61,514 bases of DNA, filler included, from 5 parts of 5 records of this genome joined end to end with filler, not necessarily neighbours in it, one strand, 5' to 3'. Shown: positions 1 to 10,836, counted from the whole stretch's first letter. The notes: generated from the letters alone by a model not told the origin. Translations and numbers: made by a program.

Positions 1-152
1 TCTAAAATGTGGAATAAAATTAAAAAATCTCATATTGGCTTCATAACCTTTATTTAAAGATATAATTTGTTCCCAAAAGTGTTCAAGAAGTAGAATTTAT
101 AGATTCTCTCAAACCTTTAGGACTTTTTGAACAACAAAAATCAATTTTTAAG

Positions 153-660
153 TTATAAATCTAAAGATTCATCTAGTCTGCCTTCAAATAATATCGCCAA
201 CTGTGAAATAGTTAAAGACCAATTCCAAATAGGCATTGTCCATTTTTTAGAGGCATTCTGAATACCCATATACAAAAGTTTAAGCAAACTATTTTTATTT
301 GGGAAAGCACCTTTAGTTTTTCTCACACTTTGTGTTCACTCTAAACTGTCTGTAAACGGATTCAATAATATTAGTGGAGATGATATGTCTAATCTCTTCA
401 TGATATTTAAAATATGCAGATAAATGTTCCCACTTGTTCCTCCATGACTTAATTACAATAGGATATTTTTTACCCCACTTAGATTCAAGGTTGTCAAGTT
501 CCATTTCAGGCAACCTCTTTAGAAACTGCCTGATAAACTAAACTTCAAGTCTTTCATTAACTCTTTTTGGTTTTTAGAGGCTACATATCTAATGGAGTTT
601 CTTATTTGATGTACAATACAGAGTTACACTTCTATTTTTGGAAAAATTGAATTAATTATT
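153..660 (-). pseudogene. IS256-family transposase, degraded C-terminal part
   Basis: Minus-strand segments read EV*LCIVHQIRNSIRYVASKNQKELMKDLK, KWGKKYPIVIKSWRNKWEHLSAYFKY..STNIIESVYRQFR and KTKGAFPNKNSLLKLLYMGIQNASKKWTMPIWNWSLTISQLAILFEGRL. These are IS256 motifs broken by a stop and frameshifts; the terminal stop is at 153-155. Confidence 0.88.
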
Positions 661-896
661 TACTGATTGATCTAAAAATTCGAGTGTATTTTTGATGTAT
701 TCTAGTTCCTGATTGACATGGCTAACTTGACTGTATATCTCAAAGTTTAAATTCATTTTCTCTATCATTTCATCAAAATTTTCTGTTTGCATTATTTATC
801 CTAACTATTTTATATTTATGATAAAATATTTATTTAAATTAATTCTTATCTATTTAAGTTTATTTGAAAATCACACTAATAATATAAGTGCATTTC

Positions 897-1235
897 TTAT
901 TCAACTACTCTAACTCCCTTTGGTAAATTTTTTAAGAAATTAGACTTACCTAATTTACGTATAATTTTTTCATTAACTTCTGTAAAATCAACTACGTCAC
1001 TATCATTTTTTGAAGATACTAGTGATATTGATTTATTTTCTTTCATATTTTTTAATCTATGACCTTTAGATACAGAAGCATTAAGAACATTTTTTGCCAC
1101 TTCTGACATATTACTTTTTTCAGTAAAACCATATGTTAAAACTTTAGCAAAACTTCTTTCAATAGGATTTTTATTTTGTATGTTATTCTCTTTTGAAATA
1201 ATTTTTATTTTCATTAATAATGCTCTCTTTTTCAT
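897..1235 (-). CDS. hypothetical protein
   Basis: 112-aa ORF in very AT-rich DNA; no recognisable motif. Confidence 0.5.
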   Translation of the reverse strand: MKKRALLMKIKIISKENNIQNKNPIERSFAKVLTYGFTEKSNMSEVAKNVLNASVSKGHRLKNMKENKSISLVSSKNDSDVVDFTEVNEKIIRKLGKSNFLKNLPKGVRVVE

Positions 1236-1592
1236 AGATAATATTATTATATAAAAATCTAACTTGAATCATTAAGTGTCAAAAACTTAGAGTCTAATTT
1301 GTTGTTGTATCTTGCAATTATGTTTTGCAAGACTTCAATTTTAGTTCTTTCTTGTATATTTAAGTTTGTTTTGGAAACTACAATTATCTTCTGTTGAAAT
1401 TGGTGAAGGTGTAGTGAACTGCCAACACTATATAGAACGCAAATTAAATAGACTTATTCACTGATTATTTTATAGTATTTTTAATTGGAAATGACAATTT
1501 GTTAGAACAAAGGAGCTATATGAAGTTAAAAGAACTTTCAAGATTAGATAAACTATGTCAGGAAAGAAATAATATTAATAACTCTAAATAAT

Positions 1593-1673
1593 CTTTTCAT
1601 TTTTTGCATTAAAAAATGAAATAATAGCACTTTATTATCATAACTTTTCATTTTTTGATATAAAAAATGAAAT
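1593..1673. repeat. two tandem 30-bp palindromic repeats
   Basis: CTTTTCATTTTTTGCATTAAAAAATGAAAT (1593-1622) and CTTTTCATTTTTTGATATAAAAAATGAAAT (1644-1673); 27/30 identical, each with self-complementary arms. Confidence 0.8.
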
Positions 1674-2797
1674 TAATTTATCACAACAGTGTATCTTGTT
1701 CCTCTTCCAGAAGTTCCTTCAATTTGTTTAATGCAATCCCACTCAAGTAATTGTTTTAAATCATTTGAGGCAGTTGAAGTTGAAGCTTTAGTAATTGCAG
1801 CATATTTTGATTTTGTAATACCACCTTCAAAGTTTTCAACACCTTTATCAAGAACTTTATTTAAAACTTTAATTTGTCTTGCATTTAAATCTTTATCTCT
1901 ATGTGTATCCCAGAACTTAGTTTTTTCTAATATATACTGTATACCAGTTCTTGCTTCTTGCAAAGATTTTAATAAAGTTTTTAAAAAATACTCTATCCAT
2001 AATGTAATATCTAAAGGTTTATCTTTTTTTCTATATCCTGTAGTTTTTTCAAGTACTTCATAATAGTCTCTTTTTCTTTCATATATTGTCTTTGATATTG
2101 AATATATTTTTGAATAGTATGAATTCTCAACTCTAGCTAATGCATACTCAGATATTGTTCTTGCAATTCTTCCATTACCATCATCAAATGGATGTATTAT
2201 TAAAAACCATAGATGAGCAATAGCTGCTTTTATTAATCCATCATCTGTTTTATTGAACCATACAAAAAAACTAATCATTTCATCAGTAAGAGTATCTGAT
2301 GGAGGAGCTTCATAATAAACTATTTCTTTAGGTCCACCTCCACCTATTATCATCTCATAATCACCTCTTAATTCCCCTACATTGATTTTAACTCCTTCAT
2401 GGTTTCTTCCTGTTGGGAATATAGCACCATGCCATCTTTCAAGTCTTTCAATATCTAAATCATTATTGTAATTTGTACAGGCATCAAATAAAATACTTAC
2501 AAGGCCATCAGTTACATAATCAGTATTTGTAAACTCTTCAATACCTAATCTTTTTGCAATTGACTTTCTTACACTATCTCTATTTAAAAATTCTCCTTCT
2601 ATTGCAGAGCTACTGATAATTTCATCAGTTAAAGTTTCAGCTAATTTTTCTTGCATTTTTTCTTTTGAGGCAAATGAATATAATGCTGATAAAGAACCTT
2701 GTAAAAATGTAATCTCTTTTATTAGTGGATTAATACTTGTAGCATCAAACTCAAATGATGGGTAATTATCAAATTCCCATATCCATCTTTTACTCAT
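1673..2797 (-). CDS. Fic family protein (DUF4172-like N-terminus, Fic domain, C-terminal winged HTH)
   Basis: Canonical Fic motif HPFDDGNGRIAR, SSAIEGE inhibitory-type motif, N-terminal WIW..YPSF.FD, C-terminal TASNDLKQL..GRGTRY. Start placed at ATG 2797 (MSKRW) behind AAAGGT; the ORF track starts at 2848. Confidence 0.93.
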   Translation of the reverse strand: MSKRWIWEFDNYPSFEFDATSINPLIKEITFLQGSLSALYSFASKEKMQEKLAETLTDEIISSSAIEGEFLNRDSVRKSIAKRLGIEEFTNTDYVTDGLVSILFDACTNYNNDLDIERLERWHGAIFPTGRNHEGVKINVGELRGDYEMIIGGGGPKEIVYYEAPPSDTLTDEMISFFVWFNKTDDGLIKAAIAHLWFLIIHPFDDGNGRIARTISEYALARVENSYYSKIYSISKTIYERKRDYYEVLEKTTGYRKKDKPLDITLWIEYFLKTLLKSLQEARTGIQYILEKTKFWDTHRDKDLNARQIKVLNKVLDKGVENFEGGITKSKYAAITKASTSTASNDLKQLLEWDCIKQIEGTSGRGTRYTVVIN

Positions 2798-3099
2798 CAC
2801 TTTTACCTTTTTTAATGACATTATAATAGAAATTGTACGATAAAGCAAACTTTACGTATAAATATTTGTACGTAAAATAAATATTTTCGTATAAAAGAAT
2901 TTTTTTAAAGTTGAAATAGGTATTCTTTCATGATAGGAATTTTATAAAATTTTAAGAAGTCTTACTCTTCTTGTCAAATGAAGAACAAAATTACTCTTTT
3001 ATAACTTATAAAAATACAATTTATATGGCTATACAAGAGATTCAAACTGACTAAAATAAGATTTCATTTGACAATAGATAAAAATTCCATCTGATTTTT

Positions 3100-6000
3100 C
3101 TAATATTTTAATCTTTTTCTACTACCATAAAGGTTTGCTCTTAACTGATGATCATTTTTTTTACTTACTGATGAAATGTAATTTAGTCTATCTAATTTAT
3201 TAAGAAATTGTTCAATAAGTGGCTCTTTGGGAAAGACCTCGTTCCCTGCATTTATATTTTTTAAATATCGGTATCTCCCACCTAAACTTAAAAGTGTTTC
3301 ATCTATTAATTCAACGCTTATATTTTTATCTTCAATATCTACAAAAAGTTTTAACTTATCATCTTTTGATAATTTTAATTTTATAAAGAATAAATAAACA
3401 GTGTCATTAATTTTTTTGATATTTTCTTTAATTAAATTATTAAAAATCTCTTTGTAGAAATCTTCATCATCTTTAATTTCTAAGTCATTTGCAAATGTAT
3501 TAATAATATTAATCTTATTCTCTACTGAAAATTTAGAACTTTTTACTATTGCTTTAAAGTAATATGTATTATTAACAAAAGAACTAAAATTAGTTGTAAT
3601 ATCATCAGGTTTTGATTCAAGTAGTTTAATTGCTGCAACTTTATTAATAAATTCTACAGAAGAAAAAGTCTCTTTATTTATTTCTACAATTTGTAATTCA
3701 ATCATTTTTAATATTATAGGCATTGAAAAATTTTCTATATCAATTCTTTCAATTGATATAGTATCTTTCATTGCAGTGAGTAAATAATTATATGATTCAT
3801 CAGGTAATGTTATATGGTAAAGGATAAAGTCTGTAATTTTTTCAAATGAATCATCGTGCTTATTATTTAGTTCTTCATTTGTAAGGATATGTTTTGATAG
3901 AGTCTTACATACTTCTGCATTTGATAAGTAATTAATAAAAACTTCTTCATCAAATTTTTTTGTATAGTAATAGTCTAATAGATTATACCAAGAAGTTTCT
4001 GTTTTATATGATTTCAAAAGTAAATATTTATCTTCGTTATTGATTAAAGATAAATCATTTATTTTTATTTTCATTGAGTTAATAATATCAGACTTTAATA
4101 GAGGGTTTAAAGCAATATGATTTATAAGTTTTATGATGCCTTTTTCTTCTTTATTTAGTTCCTTTATTTTAAAATATATATTTAAGACATAATCATCTAT
4201 ATGTTTATTTATGAATCTTGTTAATTCATCATTAATAGTTTCTAATATTTCTAAACTAAATATTTTAATATTTCTAGGATCAACAAGATATCTATTAATT
4301 AGGATACTTTCTAGATTTGCTTTATTGAGCTTGAAATGCCAGTTTTCAACTAAATAATTATAGAGTTCATTAGAAATTTCACAATTTGGTAGGGAAGAAA
4401 AATTAATGTTAAAATGTTTAATGATATTTCTAAAATCAATATTATCTATAAAGCTCTTGAAAAATTCATCATTACCTTTATCTTCTAAATATCTAACTAC
4501 TCCATCTTCACTGTTTTTATTTAATAATGTGATTAAAGATTCATCTTGACAATCTACTAATAGTCTAAAAAAAGAATCTTTTTCAACTGAATTATCATCT
4601 ATAAAATCATCCCAAAAATCTTTTTGATATGAGATGATTTCTGTTAATAATTGTGATTTTTTTTCTTTGGTATTTTCCCATTCCATATATTCTTTTATAA
4701 AGTCAAATTCATTATCATAGTTAATTAAAGTTTTTATAACATTTCTTAAGTTTTCTTTATAATCATTTTTATTTTCTATAAGATGATTTATCAAATAAAA
4801 ATTTAATATAGACTTTGATGAGTAACTTTCTATTCTTATATCTTTTAAAAGGTTTGGAATATTTGTTAATTTATAATTATATGGGAAAATTTCTTTATCA
4901 TTTAAAACACTATGTAAAAAATTTAAATCTTCAATTTTTTCATCACCATCATAAAAATATGAGATATAGTTTTTATAGTGTTTATCAATGTAACCGAATC
5001 TAATTAGGTAAGATAACAGTTCATCTTCATGGATTTCTTTTTCCAAAACTGCATTTTTTGAAGTAAATGTAATTAAACCTTGTATTTCTAATGTTTTAAT
5101 TCTTTTAATTTCTTGTTGTATATTGAAAAGCTCTATTTTCAGTTCTTGCTCAGTTCTTTCATTCTTTTCTTCAATTATTTTCACACGCTCTAAATAAGTT
5201 TTATCAGGATTAATTTCTTTTTCTATATCTTGAAATGTAAAAGTTGAGTTTTCAAAGCCACCAGTTAAATTATAGTATTTATATTTACCTGCCGTGAATA
5301 ATAAATTAAAATCTGAATCTCTAATTATTTCATAAATTTGAATTTGTCTGTTATTCAGGTAGAAAGAACGTAAATTTTGTTGCTTTGTTAATATTTTACT
5401 AATGTAAAAAGTTTTTAATTCTAGTAAATTATTAAACTTTTCATTTTCTATATTCGTGAGTTTATTTTCAAATTCTTTTTCTTTAATTCTAAGATTACTA
5501 ATTATTTTATTAACAATAAGGTTTTTATTTTCAATAGTAAATAAGTTATATATTAAGCCTTCTTTTACATGAAGTTTCTCAAAATCTGCTGGCTTATAAT
5601 TTTTATATATAATAATTGCAAAAAGTTTATCTAAACTCAAATTTTCAATCTTTTCTAATTTTTCTCGATATTGCAAAAATTCATTAAAAACATTTTTTAA
5701 AAACCTCATATCATCGATAAATAAAGAAATATCTTTTAAAAATTGTTGATCCATCTCATCTAAAAGAGTTTTATTTTCTTTTCCTTCTTTTATTTCAATA
5801 ATAATACTATTAAACATCTCTTTTAGTTTTGTGTATGAGTTAGAAAAATTTATTACTGGTATTACAGGAATTAGGAAATCAAAGAACTTTGTTCTTTCTT
5901 TATTTATAAAAATATTGTCTCTAATTGCATAAATAAAGATAATTCCAGTTTCTTTTGCTTTTGGATTATTCTTCATTATTTGATTACTGCTATTTAATAG

Positions 6001-6870
6001 TTTATTAAGTTCTCTGAGCTTTATAAATATTTCTGTATTATCAAAACGATCTATATCTTCAATAACTAATATATTATATTGTGTAACTTCAAAGAAGTAT
6101 ATAATCTCATCAATATGTTCATTCAGTACAGAGAGGTTATTACTATTTTCACTTAAATCTATCTCTGGAGCTTGAAGACTTAATTTTTGTAATTTAATAT
6201 TTCCAGATTTTTTTATAAAAAAATATAAGAATGCAAATATACCAGTTGAAAAAATAAAACTAAACAAAAAAGTGAGCATTAAAAAGTTTTTAACATCAAA
6301 TAAATAATATATAAAAGTAAATGGCGAAAATAGTTCAATGACTGAAATAAACCAAGCTGATAGAATAATTGTTTTTAATGTAATATCTTTTATAGATCTA
6401 ATTCTTTTAAATCTAGAATTAGGTATCTCTTTATCACTAACTTTATAGAACATTTGTTGTAAAATACTTTTTTCTATCAGTTTGATATCTATCTCATTTT
6501 TATTAGATACTTTTTCTTCTTCTATATCTTTCTTTATTTCATTATTTTCATTGTTATCATTTTCAAGACCATTTTCTTTAAATGTAGCAAGTGAGATATT
6601 TAATATTTTATAATTATCCAAATAAGAGTACTCATTTTCAAAACTTTTTAGAATACTACTTTTTCCTGAACCATATGCGCCAGAAAGAGCTATATTAGTT
6701 ACATCTTTTTCATCTATAGCCCATTTAAGAGTTTTTATATAGTGAATATCATCAATGTTTTTTACAGGAGCAAGTGAATAAAATTTTAATTCATTCTTTT
6801 CATTTTCAATTTGTTCTTTTTTTATTTTCTTTTCATACCATTCCATAATAATTTTACAAAGCTTTATCAT
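3100..6870 (-). CDS. YobI/KAP-like P-loop NTPase with two TM helices inside the NTPase domain
   Basis: NIALSGAYGSGKSS (Walker A), ISLATF, IEKSILQQMFY, hydrophobic hairpin, VIEDIDRF (Walker B), ERTKFFDFLIPVIPVIN, DDMRFLKNVFNEF; long helical C-terminus. Confidence 0.85.
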   Translation of the reverse strand: MIKLCKIIMEWYEKKIKKEQIENEKNELKFYSLAPVKNIDDIHYIKTLKWAIDEKDVTNIALSGAYGSGKSSILKSFENEYSYLDNYKILNISLATFKENGLENDNNENNEIKKDIEEEKVSNKNEIDIKLIEKSILQQMFYKVSDKEIPNSRFKRIRSIKDITLKTIILSAWFISVIELFSPFTFIYYLFDVKNFLMLTFLFSFIFSTGIFAFLYFFIKKSGNIKLQKLSLQAPEIDLSENSNNLSVLNEHIDEIIYFFEVTQYNILVIEDIDRFDNTEIFIKLRELNKLLNSSNQIMKNNPKAKETGIIFIYAIRDNIFINKERTKFFDFLIPVIPVINFSNSYTKLKEMFNSIIIEIKEGKENKTLLDEMDQQFLKDISLFIDDMRFLKNVFNEFLQYREKLEKIENLSLDKLFAIIIYKNYKPADFEKLHVKEGLIYNLFTIENKNLIVNKIISNLRIKEKEFENKLTNIENEKFNNLLELKTFYISKILTKQQNLRSFYLNNRQIQIYEIIRDSDFNLLFTAGKYKYYNLTGGFENSTFTFQDIEKEINPDKTYLERVKIIEEKNERTEQELKIELFNIQQEIKRIKTLEIQGLITFTSKNAVLEKEIHEDELLSYLIRFGYIDKHYKNYISYFYDGDEKIEDLNFLHSVLNDKEIFPYNYKLTNIPNLLKDIRIESYSSKSILNFYLINHLIENKNDYKENLRNVIKTLINYDNEFDFIKEYMEWENTKEKKSQLLTEIISYQKDFWDDFIDDNSVEKDSFFRLLVDCQDESLITLLNKNSEDGVVRYLEDKGNDEFFKSFIDNIDFRNIIKHFNINFSSLPNCEISNELYNYLVENWHFKLNKANLESILINRYLVDPRNIKIFSLEILETINDELTRFINKHIDDYVLNIYFKIKELNKEEKGIIKLINHIALNPLLKSDIINSMKIKINDLSLINNEDKYLLLKSYKTETSWYNLLDYYYTKKFDEEVFINYLSNAEVCKTLSKHILTNEELNNKHDDSFEKITDFILYHITLPDESYNYLLTAMKDTISIERIDIENFSMPIILKMIELQIVEINKETFSSVEFINKVAAIKLLESKPDDITTNFSSFVNNTYYFKAIVKSSKFSVENKINIINTFANDLEIKDDEDFYKEIFNNLIKENIKKINDTVYLFFIKLKLSKDDKLKLFVDIEDKNISVELIDETLLSLGGRYRYLKNINAGNEVFPKEPLIEQFLNKLDRLNYISSVSKKNDHQLRANLYGSRKRLKY

Positions 6871-6883
6871 TTATCTTCACCTC

Positions 6884-9532
6884 TTAGTACTTTTTAATAG
6901 AGTTATAAATAAGTTTTTTTAGGTCATCATTAGCTACATTTTTTATATCATTAGGAGTTAAAATGCTCTGATATATATTCAAATAAAGTTCAGTGATTTT
7001 ATCAGACTTTATTTTTTTACGTAGAAAAGACTTATATGTTGTAGTTGTAACAATTAGAAGTAAAATTAATAATGTATTTAGAACATCACTTCCTATATTA
7101 TTTATAAAAGGAATTGTGATATCAATATAAGATTCAATTTTTGGTTTATAAATATAAAACAATAGTGTTAAAAATAACATACTTATAGGTATTACAAAAA
7201 GAATAAATTTTTTAAATTTTTCATCAAATAATATTCTTTGAATTATATTCAATCTTAGTTTAGGACGAATATATTTAACTAAATATTTATCAAAAACTTT
7301 AAAACTTTCTTGACTTTTATATTCTTTATCTTGAGAAAACAAATTTAAAAAATATGAAGATATAAAAGAAATAACCTCCTTAGATAATTTAATATCATAG
7401 ATATCAGATATTGATAAAGTTTCAAAAACAGAATTTGAAATTATTCTATAATATTCATCCTCTTGGTATATTTTATGGACAAAAAATAAAGCAAAGAGAA
7501 ATTCTAAAAAGGATTTATGAGCAAATTTAAAAGAGTCTGTTCCTGACAGATCCTTTACTAAAATTCCTGATGTTCTAACATCATTAAAAACAGTTTCAAT
7601 TGCATGTTCATAATCATTTAATCTTTTCTTTAATGGTATATTGTTCTCTTGGTCATGACTAATTTCATTTGGTATATCGTAATACAATTTAGAAACAGTT
7701 GTTTCTAAATCATTTTTATTTATTTGATTTGTATAGTTATTGTTTGAAATCATACTTGCAGCAATACCTATCATAAAATATTCTCTTTCATTTGTAGTTA
7801 AAGTTGGTGTTACACCAGTTTTTCCTATAGTACTAAGTTTTAATTCTTGTCTTTTGTAAGAGTGTTTTATAAAACTATTTATAACGGTTGAAGAATTAAT
7901 ATTTTCTTTGTCTAAAGTATTCCAGATTATACTTGTTTGATATAATGTTGAAGGTCTTGAAATTAAATCATTAAAGCTTGTATTATTTCTACTATTTACT
8001 AATTTTAAAATTTCATTTTTAATATATATATCAACATTTCTTAATGACAATTCAATTTGTTCTTTATTGAGAGGAAGCAAATGAATAGGTTTACTATAAA
8101 ATATTTGATTTGAATTTTTATCAAAATTTAAAAATCTTTTCATTTCTTCTGTGTCTAAAAATAAATTAGGTCTACCTGTAATGATTACTTTAGATTTTTC
8201 ATACCTCATAAATTCTAGTAATCTTTTAAAGTGATTGTGGCGAGTATACTTATCTCCTACTAAATCCATTTCATCAAAGCCTTCTAGTATAATTAGTAAT
8301 TTACCTGCATGTAACAACTTTTCAATTGCTTTAGCACTAATATCAAATTTACTTGACCATGAAGAGATAATACTTAAAATATTTTCATTTTTGGGACTTT
8401 TACCTCTTAATTCTATAATTATTGGTATACGGTTATATTCATTTTTTATCATTTCAAGTGCAATTTTTAAGGAAAGAACACTTTTCCCTTGTCCATATTC
8501 ACCAAGTAAAGATATATGATGCTCTATTTTAGGTTCTTTGACCCAGTTTAATAAATACTTTTCTAAATGATCTATCTCTTTTTCATCTTTTGTATCTATT
8601 AGTTTTCCTCTAGGTTCCACATAAGTATCTTGTAGTCTTAAATTATCTCCACTTGTAATTTCTTTTTTTAAAAATTGATCTTCTATATAATCAAAGTACT
8701 CACTAAAATCAATTAATGAATTTAGTATTAAATCTTGTGTTATATATTCAATTGTTATATCATTAAGTTGTTTTGTCTTTATCTCTTTAAGCTTTGTGTC
8801 TTTTTTTGTCATAACAATTATTTTTAAAAATTCTTTTTCTTTGTATGTTGTATTTAGAAAATCGATTTTCTTTATTATCTCAGCATCTTCAGGCATTGTT
8901 AACGTGCAATAAATTGCAATATCTTTATTTGAATATTTTGATATATATAATGATTCTATGCTATGCCAGTCTTCTTCAGAATTTATTTTAAATTGTTTTG
9001 ATTTTAAGCGTAATAGTTCTTTTGCTTCAGTATGCCAATCTTTATTTTCATCAAGATAGTCTAATTCTTCAGTAAAATTATTTTCTTTATCTCTATCTTC
9101 ATCTTTAATTATTTCAATTTTTTTTATTGTTGCACCATTAAAAAGAGCTTCCATAAAATCATAATTTCTATTTTTATTTTCTAATTCTAAATCTTTTTGA
9201 CTTTTACCACCATCCCATTTATTATAAATTGCTGAGATAAAAGAGCCAAGAAATATTAATACAACTACAGATAATGTTCTTCCTGTCCAATCAGTAGTTG
9301 GTACTTCTATATCATCAAGAGGTAATAAATTAAATAGTTTTATAACGGTTATTAATAAACTATTATCTGAGTATAAATGTGATATAACAAAAATACAGAA
9401 ACTAATAAATAAACCTGTAGCAAAAAAAGCAAATCTTTCTCTTGTATATACTTTTCTCCGTTTTATTATATAAATTGTAATAAGTGAAAAAATGATTAGA
9501 AAAATGAGTCCAATACTGAGAGTAAAAACCAT
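6884..9532 (-). CDS. membrane-anchored NACHT-domain NTPase
   Basis: LLGEYGQGKS (Walker A), RIPIIIELR, LIILEGFDEM (Walker B), IITGRP, FKFAHKSFLEFLFA (NACHT winged-helix motif). About 3 N-terminal and 2 C-terminal hydrophobic segments. Confidence 0.88.
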   Translation of the reverse strand: MVFTLSIGLIFLIIFSLITIYIIKRRKVYTRERFAFFATGLFISFCIFVISHLYSDNSLLITVIKLFNLLPLDDIEVPTTDWTGRTLSVVVLIFLGSFISAIYNKWDGGKSQKDLELENKNRNYDFMEALFNGATIKKIEIIKDEDRDKENNFTEELDYLDENKDWHTEAKELLRLKSKQFKINSEEDWHSIESLYISKYSNKDIAIYCTLTMPEDAEIIKKIDFLNTTYKEKEFLKIIVMTKKDTKLKEIKTKQLNDITIEYITQDLILNSLIDFSEYFDYIEDQFLKKEITSGDNLRLQDTYVEPRGKLIDTKDEKEIDHLEKYLLNWVKEPKIEHHISLLGEYGQGKSVLSLKIALEMIKNEYNRIPIIIELRGKSPKNENILSIISSWSSKFDISAKAIEKLLHAGKLLIILEGFDEMDLVGDKYTRHNHFKRLLEFMRYEKSKVIITGRPNLFLDTEEMKRFLNFDKNSNQIFYSKPIHLLPLNKEQIELSLRNVDIYIKNEILKLVNSRNNTSFNDLISRPSTLYQTSIIWNTLDKENINSSTVINSFIKHSYKRQELKLSTIGKTGVTPTLTTNEREYFMIGIAASMISNNNYTNQINKNDLETTVSKLYYDIPNEISHDQENNIPLKKRLNDYEHAIETVFNDVRTSGILVKDLSGTDSFKFAHKSFLEFLFALFFVHKIYQEDEYYRIISNSVFETLSISDIYDIKLSKEVISFISSYFLNLFSQDKEYKSQESFKVFDKYLVKYIRPKLRLNIIQRILFDEKFKKFILFVIPISMLFLTLLFYIYKPKIESYIDITIPFINNIGSDVLNTLLILLLIVTTTTYKSFLRKKIKSDKITELYLNIYQSILTPNDIKNVANDDLKKLIYNSIKKY

Positions 9533-9824
9533 AAAAATCCTTTAAATAGTATATATTTTATATAAATATATATTATATTAAGATTAGGATAATAAGGCAT
9601 AGTATTAATAATTTGTCATTAATCTATTATGTCATATATTTTTATTTATTCCACTTTTGAAATATGTTTTTATAATAGTATAATTCTAAATCTAAATAAA
9701 TTTAATATTAAATATCTTAGTTTAATATTACTTTATAAAGACATTAAAATAGTAAGTCTTTAATTGATGTCTCATAAGGTTTTAAAATTATGCTTTGATA
9801 GATATAAAAAGTTTAGTATATGTC

Positions 9825-10076
9825 TTAAATATTTTCAAAAAAATCAGTAACATCTACTTCTAGGACATAAGCAATTTTAACTAAATGCTCAATATTAAAG
9901 TGTTTATTCTGAAGACAAATTTCTGAATGAGATATTACTCCTACAGCTTTATGCCCTATTGCTAAAGCTAAAGCAAGTTGAGAAATCCCCTTTTTTTCTC
10001 TAATTCTTTTTACGTTAGATCCAATTGTTTTATATTTTTCATTCATTTTTTCTTTTGAAATATCACAATTTTTCAA
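9825..10076 (-). CDS. XRE-family HTH transcriptional regulator
   Basis: IGSNVKRIREKKGISQLALALAIG..FNIEHLVKIAYVLEVDVTDFF pattern. Confidence 0.88.
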   Translation of the reverse strand: MKNCDISKEKMNEKYKTIGSNVKRIREKKGISQLALALAIGHKAVGVISHSEICLQNKHFNIEHLVKIAYVLEVDVTDFFENI

Positions 10077-10082
10077 TATATA

Positions 10083-10149
10083 ACCTATCCATAGTTAGTT
10101 TTTATAAGTATAATTGCTATAGAATAGTTTTACAACTATCTATAGTTAG
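10083..10149. promoter_or_regulatory. paired palindromic operators in a divergent promoter
   Basis: ACCTATCCATAGTTAG (10083-10098) and AACTATCTATAGTTAG (10134-10149), 14/16 identical, core AACTAT-N2-ATAGTT; each lies next to a divergent gene start. Confidence 0.6.
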
Positions 10150-10156
10150 GTAAAAA

Positions 10157-10762
10157 ATGAAAACTTATATTTATAATTTTGAATTAATTGAATTTAAAAT
10201 CTCAATTTTAGAAGAACTTAAAAAAGAGTTATTGCTTACAAAAGATTTTAAAATAAGAAAAAATTCTAAAGCATATAATGAAATTGACAAAATAATTTTA
10301 AGCTTAAATGTTAAGATTGATGGATTATCAAGTGAATTATCAAATTCCATTAAAGAGGATATTTTCTCTACCATAAAATTAGAAACAAGTACTCTCGAAA
10401 GTCTTTTTGAATTAAAAGATGAACTTGATATAGATTCTGTAGCAGAATTATTAAAATTATTAGTGATGACATATAAAGAATATTTTATATTTGACAAATT
10501 AACTAAAATTAATCATGTAAATTTAAATAGAAATTTAGAACATGAGCTGAATAAAACAAATTTTTATATTTGTACAAAAGCTGATAATTTAAAAAATAAA
10601 ATTTTATATAAACTTGATGACATAAAAATATATGAGAATATTGAATATATTAATTTTGATGAATTCAAGGAGTATATTATGGGGAATGAAGTATTTTATA
10701 TTTCTTGTAGATTTACATTACAAGAAATTGATAAATTTATTGCTATATGGAAGAGTTATTAA
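10157..10762 (+). CDS. hypothetical protein
   Basis: 201-aa ORF with AGGT RBS, divergent from the XRE gene. Confidence 0.65.
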   Translation: MKTYIYNFELIEFKISILEELKKELLLTKDFKIRKNSKAYNEIDKIILSLNVKIDGLSSELSNSIKEDIFSTIKLETSTLESLFELKDELDIDSVAELLKLLVMTYKEYFIFDKLTKINHVNLNRNLEHELNKTNFYICTKADNLKNKILYKLDDIKIYENIEYINFDEFKEYIMGNEVFYISCRFTLQEIDKFIAIWKSY

Positions 10763-10817
10763 TTTGAGTCATAATTGATATGTATTTTTATCAAATTTAG
10801 ATAGCCCTTTTTATTAA

Positions 10818-10836
10818 AATTGACATTTTGTCAATT
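10818..10836. promoter_or_regulatory. palindrome upstream of the recombinase operon
   Basis: AATTGACA-TTT-TGTCAATT, perfect 8-bp arms containing TTGACA, about 55 nt before the integrase start. Confidence 0.55.

Noticed and set aside
1593-1673. Possible mini-CRISPR array
   Set aside because: Only two repeats, a 21-nt spacer, extreme AT content and no cas genes.
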